Source: a virus. From it: a DNA stretch of 64,000 nucleotides. The translations under genes were made by a program, and so were the position numbers. Location: the IMG/VR virus record IMGVR_UViG_3300018080_000110, positions 32,001-96,000 of that record; one strand, written 5' to 3'. Below the pieces are notes generated by a model. It worked only from the letters and a program-made list of their open reading frames with translations, made no database searches and was not told the origin of the DNA. Positions 40,501-48,197 of this stretch are shown piece by piece (within the stretch, counting starts at the first letter, position 1; each line of letters starts with the position of its first letter).

Positions 40501-40747
40501 CGACTATCTTCCCGGTAGCGTTGTCGATCAAAGACATCTCGGCCTCGACGGGGACAGACCAAGTCCTCCCCTCCATCTTGGCCTTCTTTTGCGACCTGAT
40601 GTCGTCGATGTCTTTGTTGTCGTTGACGGATATGCTGTCTAGACGAAGAGTGCGCTTCTTTCCCTCGAACGGGAACACACCCTCTACAGCTTTGGAAACT
40701 TCAGCCTTTAGTGCTTCAAACCCTTCCTCTGGGTTCAGACGCGCCAT
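34538..40747 (-). CDS. rpoBC: Single-chain DNA-directed RNA polymerase, fused beta-beta'
   Basis: Beta motifs HTPEG, GYNFED, GDKITGRSGNKG, NPAGVPGRLNLGQ; beta' motifs RDPVLH, YNADFDGD, GARKG bridge helix, CxxCYG Zn, AQSIGERATQLSMRTFH trigger loop. AGGAG RBS favours ATG 40747. Confidence 0.95.
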   Translation of the reverse strand: MARLNPEEGFEALKAEVSKAVEGVFPFEGKKRTLRLDSISVNDNKDIDDIRSQKKAKMEGRTWSVPVEAEMSLIDNATGKIVDQRKQRLLNLPKVTSRHSYIVDGQERQIDNQWRLRPGVYSRRNDRGDLESSFHLKGRSAFKVYFDPDSSQFSMKKGDTNIPLYPVMREMGVSDEQLEKQWGKQILRANQSKSGDHAKALERFYRATTREKPKDASEAKAFLHEFMGGAELDPEVAEITLGRKDKKVGGDTILAAANKLLGISRGDVKQDDRDSLMFKNFLSTEDFASEAISKKSGEILRRVGNNIDRKKKIREVVAPDLFNRPMKNLFTGPGHSARPDQTNPLEMISGAMKTTIMGEGGIKSEHTITEDAKLVNPSHLGYLDSIHTPEGSRTGVTLHLPLGASKKGRTVTAKMYNIKTGKMEDVDPKKAFHSKVVLPDQVKWEDGKPVPRHKTVKMSDVENEVSSGSMKSADYVMAAPAQLFSVASNMVPFLQNNSGNRATYAGRQMEQAIPLKHREAPLVEPVIDAKKEGSGLVDFMGKINSHTSPISGEIVSLKKDAVVVKGKDGKEKEVQIYDHFPLNDDKGFLHSEPLVKVGDKVKKGQTVADTNFTKGGRLALGTNLKTAYVPFHGYNFEDGVVVSESAAKKMTSEHMHRKGIDTTKDHIFNKQKFLSEYDSALTKEQAEKLDDDGVVRKGQKILPGDTLVAALRKREDTDEDRVRRRMHRSLAHPHDNVSVSWENDHPGVVTNVVKRGKRTEVHVKTDEPAEIGDKITGRSGNKGIITKIVKDDEMPKTGDGKHIEVALNPAGVPGRLNLGQVLETAAGKIAEKTGKPFKVQNFDGSPDKREEIEKELKKHGIEDKEELFDPKTGKSMGKVLVGPHYIHKLKHQVGKKLIARAGGPGYAYDRNKMPKGGGPHGAQALDSLGMYAMLAHGVPANIREMQTYKSNAENNDQFWSAIQSGDPLPTPKPTFAYNKFASLMKTMGVNMAKEGNNINLMPLLDKDVKEMSNGEIKDAGRMVTGKDLKEEKGGIFDKDKTGGRDGTKWTHIKLPEPMPNPVFEKSILSLTGMKQKELNSLMDGTSAIDPKTGKITSPDKGISSGPAISHLLKKINVDKDLAEAEKALQKPGLKGNRLDQINKKVKYLRNLKKLGVSPTEAYMTQHVPVMPPSMRPISSTPDGTIINDDLNHMYKGLGLEIKQFKSTHKNELPEEFNRRRAGIYDAMKSLTGVGGYQNRRYRGVMDIISGRTLDKDTKQKGGPPRESYFQSKLVKRKQDMSMRSTIIPEPELGLDQVGIPKKAAMEIYKPFIVRELRNIADVTPLKAQQMVKEGDPLARRALERVVEERPLLLKRDPVLHKYGVQSFKPILTSGKAVKIHPLVTSGYNADFDGDSMSAFVPVGHEAVQEAKKMFPSRNLFSPATGKLMYRPTHESQLGIYMLTQEGKKTNQSFSSTSEAAKAAQSGKIGMTDVVRVGGTRTTVGRALVANALPKPMRQSVLQGKINMDGNGQSDLLTTVAKQHKNDFGEVANKLKDLGNQYATTHAASIGLSDIKADKTERDQILRAADRKVKDIMSGKGSLKDKQKKAVQIYDRASEQMINTIEKKHGKKGSTIYQMMKAGVKPRMGAYRQITMAPMLMMNAKGEVIPEPIRKSWSEGLDIGDYWTQMSGARKGVVQKVQAVQEPGYFTKQMINSVMNNSIGTEDCATNKGISLPVDERDVIDRYLAVPVKSGSKSFKAGTLITPGVRDSLRNNKVRRVVVRSPLRCEHGDGICSKCYGLDEDGNNPPTGKNVGVTSAQSIGERATQLSMRTFHEGGIAPVGKKGQAKALLTDEFSRVQELVQMPKHVPGAAPLSSVSGKVDKIKKNPAGGFDVSINGVRHYVPQDRGEPMAVIGDRPRRLRKGMQLSKGTPLSRGPVNIHEMLPLTGVNKVQGYVAGQLYDLYKGEGIRRRNVETVVKSMTNLTQVKDPGDHSEFIRGDFAPTSKVQALNKRLAASKKKPIVHTPVLKGVKTLPLDIQTDWMARLNHEKLNSTVIDAANQGWSSNIHGKHPIPALAYGAEFGKKKPY

Positions 40748-40808
40748 CGATGTATCTCCTTCCCGATCTCTGAGCGCCTCCAAGCGCTCTGCGGGTCGTC
40801 TGATGGAG

Positions 40809-40836
40809 ATTATCAGCTTACGATCGCCTCAGTCAA
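40809..40836 (-). promoter_or_regulatory. sigma70-like promoter for RNAP/baseplate operon
   Basis: Minus strand TTGACT-N16-GATAAT. Confidence 0.5.
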
Positions 40837-40860
40837 AAACAATGAGATTCTCGTTATAAG
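40835..40860 (+). promoter_or_regulatory. Putative phage-specific promoter, copy 5
   Basis: AAAAA-N15-TATAAG. Confidence 0.55.
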
Positions 40861-40903
40861 GAAGCTAGAAGGTCGATCTAACTTTTTTCCGAGGAGGGCA
40901 CAC

Positions 40904-41038
40904 ATGCCTGATAGAAAGAAGGAGAAGGATAGCCAGTTGTCTAGAGCTGAGCAGTGGTTGGACGATGTCATAGATCCCACTTCAGATCTAGACCAAGATG
41001 AGGAAGAAGAAGATCGAGAAGAGCAAAATGACGAGTAA
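40904..41038 (+). CDS. 44-aa acidic protein (not in ORF track)
   Basis: GAGGAGGG RBS; MPDRKKEKDSQLSRAEQWLDDVIDPTSDLDQDEEEEDREEQNDE. Confidence 0.55.
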   Translation: MPDRKKEKDSQLSRAEQWLDDVIDPTSDLDQDEEEEDREEQNDE

Positions 41039-41210
41039 ATTAGTGCGAGCTGGTTTTTTGTTCGGCGTACTTTTGGCACTGAGTACTCATGTCAAATCTG
41101 CGGTGCGTAAGCTTCGGAAAATGAAGAAGGACGAAGAGGAGAAGGAAGACGATGGAGTGGCTGAATTCAGACAGCCCCGGCGACGAGAGCCCGTATTGTT
41201 CGTGTTGTGA
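41028..41210 (+). CDS. Small membrane-anchored protein
   Basis: AGFLFGVLLALS; overlaps the previous stop. Confidence 0.45.
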   Translation: MTSKLVRAGFLFGVLLALSTHVKSAVRKLRKMKKDEEEKEDDGVAEFRQPRRREPVLFVL

Positions 41211-41694
41211 CAGACAAATCGGAGTAGGCGTAGACGCCATCGCCCTCAGAGTAGGCAGCGTAAAGGGCGATGGGTCTAGTTTCTGTTTCACGCCGGACGA
41301 TTTCGACGACGGTAAAGACGTACGCTGGTTCCACTTTTCCTGCCTAGATCTATTGTTCGATTTCGCTGAATCAGATCAAGAGGCGGACATCACAGATTGC
41401 GGGTTCTGCCCAGAAGATTTGATCGGTGAAGAGAAATGTTACGAGATGGAGCTCGGTAGATTTGTCATCCGAGGGCCGGACACGTGGTGGCAGGAGGTAC
41501 GGGACAATGACGGGGTATGCGCCCGTGTCTGCGCCTGCACTGAGTGTCTAGAGCACAACATTGGTGAAGGAAACGAGTCAGAGCTACGGCGCCGTCTCGG
41601 TATGCCGGAAAGACCGCTTTGGGTCGCAGGAAGAGAGAAGAGCGTTCCAGCACATCTACGAAGAAGGGGCAGAGTACCGCCTCCTAGAACCTAG
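41152..41694 (+). CDS. Cys-rich acidic protein (LIM/Zn-finger-like)
   Basis: CSCC, HFSC, CGFC, CTEC pairs. Confidence 0.6.
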   Translation: MEWLNSDSPGDESPYCSCCDRQIGVGVDAIALRVGSVKGDGSSFCFTPDDFDDGKDVRWFHFSCLDLLFDFAESDQEADITDCGFCPEDLIGEEKCYEMELGRFVIRGPDTWWQEVRDNDGVCARVCACTECLEHNIGEGNESELRRRLGMPERPLWVAGREKSVPAHLRRRGRVPPPRT

Positions 41695-44600
41695 ACTTGC
41701 GCGGCTTCGGGTCCGCGCCGTGGGGCACGCTGCTCTGGTAGCGGCTCCGCGGCTGCGGCCTCGGGGCTGCCCTGAGACATGTTTTGCATTAGCCCTAACA
41801 CGACCTGATAGAACTCCGGACTCTGCTGCCGCAAATTCATCAAGGCCATGGTCTGACTGTTCTCGTCCAACTGCGACAAGTACTGGGCGACATACTGAGC
41901 TTGAGCCAGTAGATCTACGTTGACAGCGCCAGCCTCCCCTTCTTGTGGCGCCTGCTGGGCCAACTGGAGCGGTGATTGAGTAGCCGTCATTGCAGGGGGC
42001 AACTCGGCTCGTGCCTGTTCAGCGATGGGAGGCATAGCCTGCGGAGGCATAGCCTGCTGTGGCAACGGAGCTCCTCCTTGAGGCACCTGTCCCTCCATAG
42101 CGGGGGTAGAAGCGCCGCCAGGTTGCACGCCTTCAGCTTCAGCCCCGGGCTCTCCTGGAGCTGGTGCAGCGGCTGCTTGCATCTGCATTTGCTCCTGCTG
42201 GGCCTTGAGCTGGTAGCGCATCATGATCATCTGGCTCTCACCCTGGATCTCAGCCTGAGCCAATTGGGCCTTCTTCTGCGCTTCAGCTCTCTTGTTGGTC
42301 TCTGTCTTGATGAGCTCGTCCTCACGAGAGGGATCGAAGTCCGAATCGGACAACAACGTGCTATCTGAGATCTTTCCGGCCTGATTGAGCTGGAAGTTGT
42401 AGGCCTTCCGTTGCAGATCGTCCGCCATCTTGAAAGGCTTGAAGGAGACCTTGATAGGCTCCCAATCCATGTAAGAGGCAATGCTCTTGACGATCCAGTT
42501 GACGAGATGCAGATGGTCGACCATGTAGCCCAAGAACATGTTCTCGAGCATGCGCAAAGACACGTTCGATCCGGAGTTATGGCAGATGAGCCCATCAGCA
42601 GTGAAGGAAGAGTCTTCAGCCACTGTGAGGTCTCCCATAGGGACAGTGTACTCGAAGAGTTCGACCTCAACGATCTCGTCCCAGAAATATCGAAGCTCAG
42701 CAAGTTCTTCGATGCGCCCCGCTAGTTGCGCATCTCTTTCTCTGATGAATGAAAGATCCTGCCCCTCCAGCTTCGAATAGGTCATTCCCCAAGCATCTCT
42801 GCCAGGGACGGTCCTACGAACGCCCCTTCCAAAACTGGTGAGAAACTCCTGGAGGGTTTTTTTGCTGATGAGTTTGGTCCCGAATCGACCTCCGGCCCCT
42901 GGTATCTCTCCGCTGTACTGCAGCCGGCCCTTCTTTACGTGGTAGCGGACGGTGGAGACATCGCACCCGAGAAGAACGGCCACTTCTTTCGCCGAGTACT
43001 TCTCCTTTTCTAGGCCGATGTCGACCTTCTCGAAATCCCAACTAGATCTATGGGGGAAGTGAGCCCTCCTGAAAGAGTCTAGAGCTTCTTTCAAATACGG
43101 GATGCGCTCTCCAGCATGAGTCTTTCTTGTCGGAGTCCTGCTACAGAGAATTGCCCGCTTACGCTCTGACACGAACCCGAACATCTCAGCGTAGGTGTCG
43201 ACATACTCAGACCTCACTTGCAAGGTTCCGCACACCTTCCCTCTGTAGGGGGGGTACTTCGAGGAGACAACCCCCGCGTTTAAGAGGATGAGCTGTGTCT
43301 CTTTGAGGAGGATGTCCGATTTTGATGCGCACGCAATGGTCTGCTTCTCGGTCACGTCCTTGACCCCACCGTCACCCTCAAAATAGGCGCGGATGTACTC
43401 CCGGACGAATCGGAAGGGGGACCTGCGGACGCATTCCGGAACGATCTTGTCCTCTGAGTACCCCACCACCCCAAGCCTGCGGAGGAAGCTGATCGCCTTA
43501 AACCTACCGATTTCCGTGTAGAGCATCCCGTCTGGTTTCTCCCACGAATTAGGCCTGTATCCGAACACAGCCTCAACGCAGTCCAAGAAGTCGTTCATGA
43601 TCTCCTCAGACTTCTGACCAAAGCCTATCCTTCTCTCGTCTGCACAGGAGCCTTCGGACACTAAGTAGCCGAGGATACGAGCCAACTCATCGCTCATCTG
43701 GGCTGGTATCTTCACTGGATATCTTTGGGATGTGTCCCTGCGCAACCCAGCAACGTTTTTGCCCGAGTCTTCTACGTCGTCAACAACACTGGCCAAGTCA
43801 AATGGTGTTTTGGCCCAGACTCTCTGCCCCGGCTTGACCGCGACATGATCACCTGGCTGAAGCTCACTGGCCTTCTTCCAACTCAAACTTAGGTCTGAGT
43901 TCAACACTCTAAATCGATGATCGTGGGATGGACTGTGGTCCAAGCCAAGACGAGTCCTCAATCGGGCTGCCTTCTTCATTCCAGAGTTATGAACCATCTC
44001 CACGGACTGCAAATTCTTGTGGGTCGGGACTCGGATATCCTTACTAGGCTTTTTGAAACTGTCCTCCTTCTCCGGCACTAGGTCTCCCATCGGGATCATT
44101 CCGTCAGAAGTGAACAGGTAGGAGTCCAGATCCATGCAGTAGCTGAGCCCACCAAAGATGAGCTCTTGAGGCACGCCCATACCAACTACGATGTGCTCGC
44201 TCCAAACTCGGATCTCTTGACCGAGCAGCATTGCCCGACCATTCCCGCCGATGGTCTGATTACCGATGGGGAGAGGCAGGATCGGGATATAGTTGTTGTC
44301 AAATCTCCAACGCTTGATCTCTTCTGAGATCTGATCTTTCCAGTCCCCGAGGTTGATGCTGCTATTGTGCGTAGCCACGCCAGCAACGCAAAAGGACTTA
44401 TCTCCGAGCATCTGGAATCCGCGGACTACGTCTACATATTTTACGACCTCCCTCTTAGACACTCGCAGATACACGTACCCGTCTCGGATAAAACCGCAGC
44501 GACTGAAAGGAAACTTGCGTGAGGACACAACGCCTTCGAAAAGATCGGACTGACTCCCATTCAGATTTACTTGGTAGTAAGGCAGCTTTGCGATCTCGTC

Positions 44601-46565
44601 TTCTCGCGGAATCGCCTTTTGGACAGTGGGAATAAATCCTTCAGACAGTAAAATTCCCCTGACGTCGATTGCCAACTGTGGACTTGTCGTCTTTAACCCT
44701 GTCCGTACTGTGCTGGTTGAAAAAGCACAACCGTCTCCAGTGATCACGGCCCGAACCGCAGTCATGGCTATCGGGCCCGGGGCCTCTGTAATGAAACGGG
44801 GCAATCTTTTATTTACGGAACCTTCCCCGCAAGAGTTGACTAGTAGCGCGGCCAAGAACACGTCGTTGACTGTAATGGTCGTTGAGTTACCTTGCGTAGA
44901 TCTGCTGCAAGGTCTAAATCCAAGTCGTTCTACACACAAGTCGATCGAGTCCATGATGTAGGTCTCGCTTGTGTGCAGGCCCATCGTAGCCAAAGACCCA
45001 GCCCGACTACCCTCTGCAGCGAAGATTCCAATCAGATACGCTAGATCTTCAGTCACCGAAATGTATCTTCTACGACGATCGACGCTTTCTTGTTGCGTAA
45101 AAGTAGATTTGGCGTTCTCGTAGTCGGACAGGCCCCAACCAGCATCTGTCAAGAACTTCTTTAGCTCCCCGTGACCGAATGTCGGCACCCCGTTCTGCTC
45201 AAAGTATTCGTAGATATTTGCGGCAGTCTGATTCAGTCTGCGGTAGATGAACTCACAAGTCGCTGCTCTCTTCGGGCAAAAATTGGCCAAGTCCAACTCT
45301 AGATTTGCCCATTGAGCCCGTCGTACCGGGTAACAAACAAAGTCGCCTTCGACGACATCTTTGGCTTCTACCCAGTCCGGTTCCTCCAAACTGTTATACC
45401 CTCTGAAGCCACTCGGCCTCTTGGAGCAAAGTAGAGGATGCTCCTGAGAGATCTCGAACGGGAAAGCCGTCATACCAGAAATGGTGAACTTGTAGACCTC
45501 TTCCTCATCAGAGATAGACCTGTCCGCTAAAGCTTCAACCTTTCTCCACCGACCCGTGTGGCTCTTTAAGTAGTCTCCCACACAGACTTCTGCGGCCGGT
45601 CTCAGCCCCTCCCGTGTTTCGATCAATGTATCCAAGGACACACAGTAAGGGTCTGAGGTGGCTGATCCTGCTTGCGGAAAGAGGACTCGTAGAGGAACGA
45701 TGTGTTCTAGCGCTACGGCCTCTTGGGACTTCTTCAAGATCTGTAGGTAGTAGGCGTCCTTGAGCACGGGGAGCAGTAGGGGAACACCCCATCCTCTGTC
45801 TTTCCCTGCCAGGGTCGGGCGCTTAAAGTGGTAGATGTTATCCTTGTTGAAGACGATGGCCTTCCGCTTCTTCAACGCCTCCACAAAGATTTGAGGCACT
45901 TCTTCCACGACACTCTTCTTCCCCATGATGATGTCGTTCTTCAGCTGCACGGGGATGTCGTAGTAGTAGGCGTAGTCTCCGGTCAGATCGTTGTAGCGAA
46001 TATCGACATCTTCGGGGTTCCACCGCAAAAGACGGATACCCTTCGACGATTTGATGTAGTCGTCAAAGACCTCTGCTGGACCGTGGTGACCACAACGAGG
46101 GCAGTGCCAGAAGAATTGATAGTTCCGGAAGTAATACTTGGAGTCCTTTGCTGGGCGAACGTTACCGCAGCTCTTGCACTTGAGCTTCTTCTTGAACGGG
46201 TAAAAGATCGAAACGAGGCCGTTGCCGTAGGTGTAGAAGTCTAGACCTAGCTCACCCATGAAGCTGCGGTACCGGAGATGGTCCTCCAACATGTTCGACC
46301 ACAGATCTTTTTGGTGCTCATCGTCGCTGTTGAAAACCAGATCTGTGATCGGGTACAGCGACATCTTGAAAACCACGCTATTGATCAATGGATGGACCAG
46401 GAAGTAATACCGGCACCACCGGAACATCTGCTTGACTGTGGTCGGAAGGTAAGTGTGCCCTATATCGAAGAAGGGAGACGGGTAGTTGATCCCTCTAGAG
46501 AAGGAACCGTTGATCCTACCACGAGTGCGGGCGAAACGGGATGCTCCTACGGCTCCGTAATCCAT
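41691..46565 (-). CDS. Portal protein with two inteins (1624-aa precursor, ~676 aa spliced)
   Basis: HPLINSVV, FYTYGNGLV, IYHFKR..GWGVPLL, VGMGVPQELIFGG, Gln-rich tail; Zn-ribbon insert. Confidence 0.8.
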   Translation of the reverse strand: MDYGAVGASRFARTRGRINGSFSRGINYPSPFFDIGHTYLPTTVKQMFRWCRYYFLVHPLINSVVFKMSLYPITDLVFNSDDEHQKDLWSNMLEDHLRYRSFMGELGLDFYTYGNGLVSIFYPFKKKLKCKSCGNVRPAKDSKYYFRNYQFFWHCPRCGHHGPAEVFDDYIKSSKGIRLLRWNPEDVDIRYNDLTGDYAYYYDIPVQLKNDIIMGKKSVVEEVPQIFVEALKKRKAIVFNKDNIYHFKRPTLAGKDRGWGVPLLLPVLKDAYYLQILKKSQEAVALEHIVPLRVLFPQAGSATSDPYCVSLDTLIETREGLRPAAEVCVGDYLKSHTGRWRKVEALADRSISDEEEVYKFTISGMTAFPFEISQEHPLLCSKRPSGFRGYNSLEEPDWVEAKDVVEGDFVCYPVRRAQWANLELDLANFCPKRAATCEFIYRRLNQTAANIYEYFEQNGVPTFGHGELKKFLTDAGWGLSDYENAKSTFTQQESVDRRRRYISVTEDLAYLIGIFAAEGSRAGSLATMGLHTSETYIMDSIDLCVERLGFRPCSRSTQGNSTTITVNDVFLAALLVNSCGEGSVNKRLPRFITEAPGPIAMTAVRAVITGDGCAFSTSTVRTGLKTTSPQLAIDVRGILLSEGFIPTVQKAIPREDEIAKLPYYQVNLNGSQSDLFEGVVSSRKFPFSRCGFIRDGYVYLRVSKREVVKYVDVVRGFQMLGDKSFCVAGVATHNSSINLGDWKDQISEEIKRWRFDNNYIPILPLPIGNQTIGGNGRAMLLGQEIRVWSEHIVVGMGVPQELIFGGLSYCMDLDSYLFTSDGMIPMGDLVPEKEDSFKKPSKDIRVPTHKNLQSVEMVHNSGMKKAARLRTRLGLDHSPSHDHRFRVLNSDLSLSWKKASELQPGDHVAVKPGQRVWAKTPFDLASVVDDVEDSGKNVAGLRRDTSQRYPVKIPAQMSDELARILGYLVSEGSCADERRIGFGQKSEEIMNDFLDCVEAVFGYRPNSWEKPDGMLYTEIGRFKAISFLRRLGVVGYSEDKIVPECVRRSPFRFVREYIRAYFEGDGGVKDVTEKQTIACASKSDILLKETQLILLNAGVVSSKYPPYRGKVCGTLQVRSEYVDTYAEMFGFVSERKRAILCSRTPTRKTHAGERIPYLKEALDSFRRAHFPHRSSWDFEKVDIGLEKEKYSAKEVAVLLGCDVSTVRYHVKKGRLQYSGEIPGAGGRFGTKLISKKTLQEFLTSFGRGVRRTVPGRDAWGMTYSKLEGQDLSFIRERDAQLAGRIEELAELRYFWDEIVEVELFEYTVPMGDLTVAEDSSFTADGLICHNSGSNVSLRMLENMFLGYMVDHLHLVNWIVKSIASYMDWEPIKVSFKPFKMADDLQRKAYNFQLNQAGKISDSTLLSDSDFDPSREDELIKTETNKRAEAQKKAQLAQAEIQGESQMIMMRYQLKAQQEQMQMQAAAAPAPGEPGAEAEGVQPGGASTPAMEGQVPQGGAPLPQQAMPPQAMPPIAEQARAELPPAMTATQSPLQLAQQAPQEGEAGAVNVDLLAQAQYVAQYLSQLDENSQTMALMNLRQQSPEFYQVVLGLMQNMSQGSPEAAAAEPLPEQRAPRRGPEAAQV
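42576..44138 (-). mobile_element. Intein 2 (521 aa) with LAGLIDADG endonuclease and HTH insert
   Basis: SY|CMDLDS ... SHDHRF ... ILGYLVSEGS ... AYFEGDGG ... LICHN|S. Confidence 0.92.
44364..45644 (-). mobile_element. Intein 1 (427 aa) with LAGLIDADG endonuclease
   Basis: PY|CVSLDT ... SQEHPL ... LIGIFAAEGS ... AVITGDG ... VATHN|S. Confidence 0.92.
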
Positions 46566-46576
46566 GCTCGTATCTC

Positions 46577-47377
46577 CTACCTGGCCCTCACCAGACTACC
46601 AACTTCTGGAGCGACGCGGGAGATATTCCTGCGAGCATACGTCACCGCAGGACGCTCAGGAACTTGTGTGGGTCCCTTTCCTCCTCCTACCAGTTTGCCC
46701 GCTTTACCGCCTAGATAACCGAGTCCAGATCCAAGGATGGTGCTACCCAGTAACCCCATTCGCCCCCCAAGTAGGTAGCCTCCGGCCGTTCCTAGAGACC
46801 CCAACGCCTTCTCAGCTGTTCCTTCTTGGGTACTCTTATCCATGATGTGCGGTGCGCTCATAGCTATATCGCCTAGAGCCATCACCTTGCCCATCGTGCC
46901 GGCTTGCTGCCAAGCGCCCTTCATGGTCTGCAGGGGCTTTGTGGCCAGTCCCTTGAGTGCCGTAGGCACACTCAGAAGTCCGGCTTTCTCAGCTTTGCGC
47001 AAGGAATCTAATTCTTTCTGAGTCGCCCCCGGCTTGATTGGTAGAGGACCACGGCCAGTTAGCTCGTACTTGGTCTTCCTTCCAAGGTGCTTAACCCCTT
47101 CCAGAGCTTTCTTGCGGCCCGCACGAGTGACCAAGGGGGCCGCGTACCCTCCAGCTGCTCCTATCCCGGCACCGATCAATGCACGACGTAGGCGATCTTC
47201 TGGTGGAGCTGTCGCAGCGCCTCCAGCCGCCCCAACAAGACCTCCGGCAATAGCTCTTCCACCACCGTGGCCCCAAATACTGCGTGCAGCTCGAGGGATG
47301 AACGACTTGAGAGATCTGGGCAAAGCAGCGTTCTTCTCAAGCTCGTCAGCAAAAGCGGCGATCTGATATGCGTTCAT
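46577..47377 (-). CDS. FxDELEK-leader Gly-zipper protein
   Basis: MNAYQIAAFADELEKNAAL; IAGGLVGAAGG, LIGAGIGAAGG, LGSGLGYLGG. Confidence 0.7.
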   Translation of the reverse strand: MNAYQIAAFADELEKNAALPRSLKSFIPRAARSIWGHGGGRAIAGGLVGAAGGAATAPPEDRLRRALIGAGIGAAGGYAAPLVTRAGRKKALEGVKHLGRKTKYELTGRGPLPIKPGATQKELDSLRKAEKAGLLSVPTALKGLATKPLQTMKGAWQQAGTMGKVMALGDIAMSAPHIMDKSTQEGTAEKALGSLGTAGGYLLGGRMGLLGSTILGSGLGYLGGKAGKLVGGGKGPTQVPERPAVTYARRNISRVAPEVGSLVRAR

Positions 47378-48189
47378 CGCAAGACCCTCAATTGATGTTT
47401 CATCTGGCTTCTGCGCAAGGTCATGTAGTCTCTAGCGATGATCAACTTCGCCACTTGTACGTCTACCGGATTGTGTCCAAGCACTACCTCTTCCGCAGGG
47501 ACAGATAACAACTGTTTATACTTGTCCCTAACAGGGTCCGGGTCAACAGGAATGCCGCGCTCTTTCTGAATGTCTACAATCTCGTCCTGACAAAACGCAA
47601 CCGGCTGTGGTGCACAAGTTACTCCAGCGTCCAACAACGAAGCAGCACAGAACTGCTGAACTTCTTGGCTGAACGGAACATCGTTACGCACGAACGTCAT
47701 CATGTCTACACCAGCAAATAGCTGGGAGACGGTAGGCCGGCGTAAGATCTCGAAGTCCGGGATGTTGTTGTTCAAAGCCTGAATGATGGGGCAGAAGACT
47801 TCCCACTTGGTGAAGCACCAATCTGAGATATGGATCGTCTTTACTGCCTGGATCTTACTCTTGACGTGGTCGCTGATAGAAGGAGCTCGGAAATCATCCA
47901 TGATCTCCTTCCACAACGTCTCCGGCTCCCAAGCGAACCAGTCAGTCCCGTATTGATCCATCAACTTGATAGACAGTACGATGGGGCTTGTGTCGTGATG
48001 GACAAAAAGATTTCGGGCGGAGAAAGGCTTAACCCGAGACTCAATGGTCTCGGGTTTCGCCTCTTTGCCTTCCGCGACGGTCTCTTCGTGATCGGCCGTA
48101 ATGTCGGAGGCATCATTGATGCCCAACTCGGCTTCAGTACCGATCTTCTCCAGGACCTCGCGAAGCTCCGCTTCGTAGTCCCGGCTCAT
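47374..48189 (-). CDS. Hypothetical virion protein
   Basis: N-terminal LREVLEKIG; DWFAWEPETL. Confidence 0.6.
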   Translation of the reverse strand: MSRDYEAELREVLEKIGTEAELGINDASDITADHEETVAEGKEAKPETIESRVKPFSARNLFVHHDTSPIVLSIKLMDQYGTDWFAWEPETLWKEIMDDFRAPSISDHVKSKIQAVKTIHISDWCFTKWEVFCPIIQALNNNIPDFEILRRPTVSQLFAGVDMMTFVRNDVPFSQEVQQFCAASLLDAGVTCAPQPVAFCQDEIVDIQKERGIPVDPDPVRDKYKQLLSVPAEEVVLGHNPVDVQVAKLIIARDYMTLRRSQMKHQLRVLR

Positions 48190-48197
48190 CTACGAGA

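Noticed and set aside
34538-40783. Host chromosomal rpoBC locus or prophage boundary
   Set aside because: No ribosomal protein neighbours, divergent and reduced sequence, and phage structural genes on both sides.
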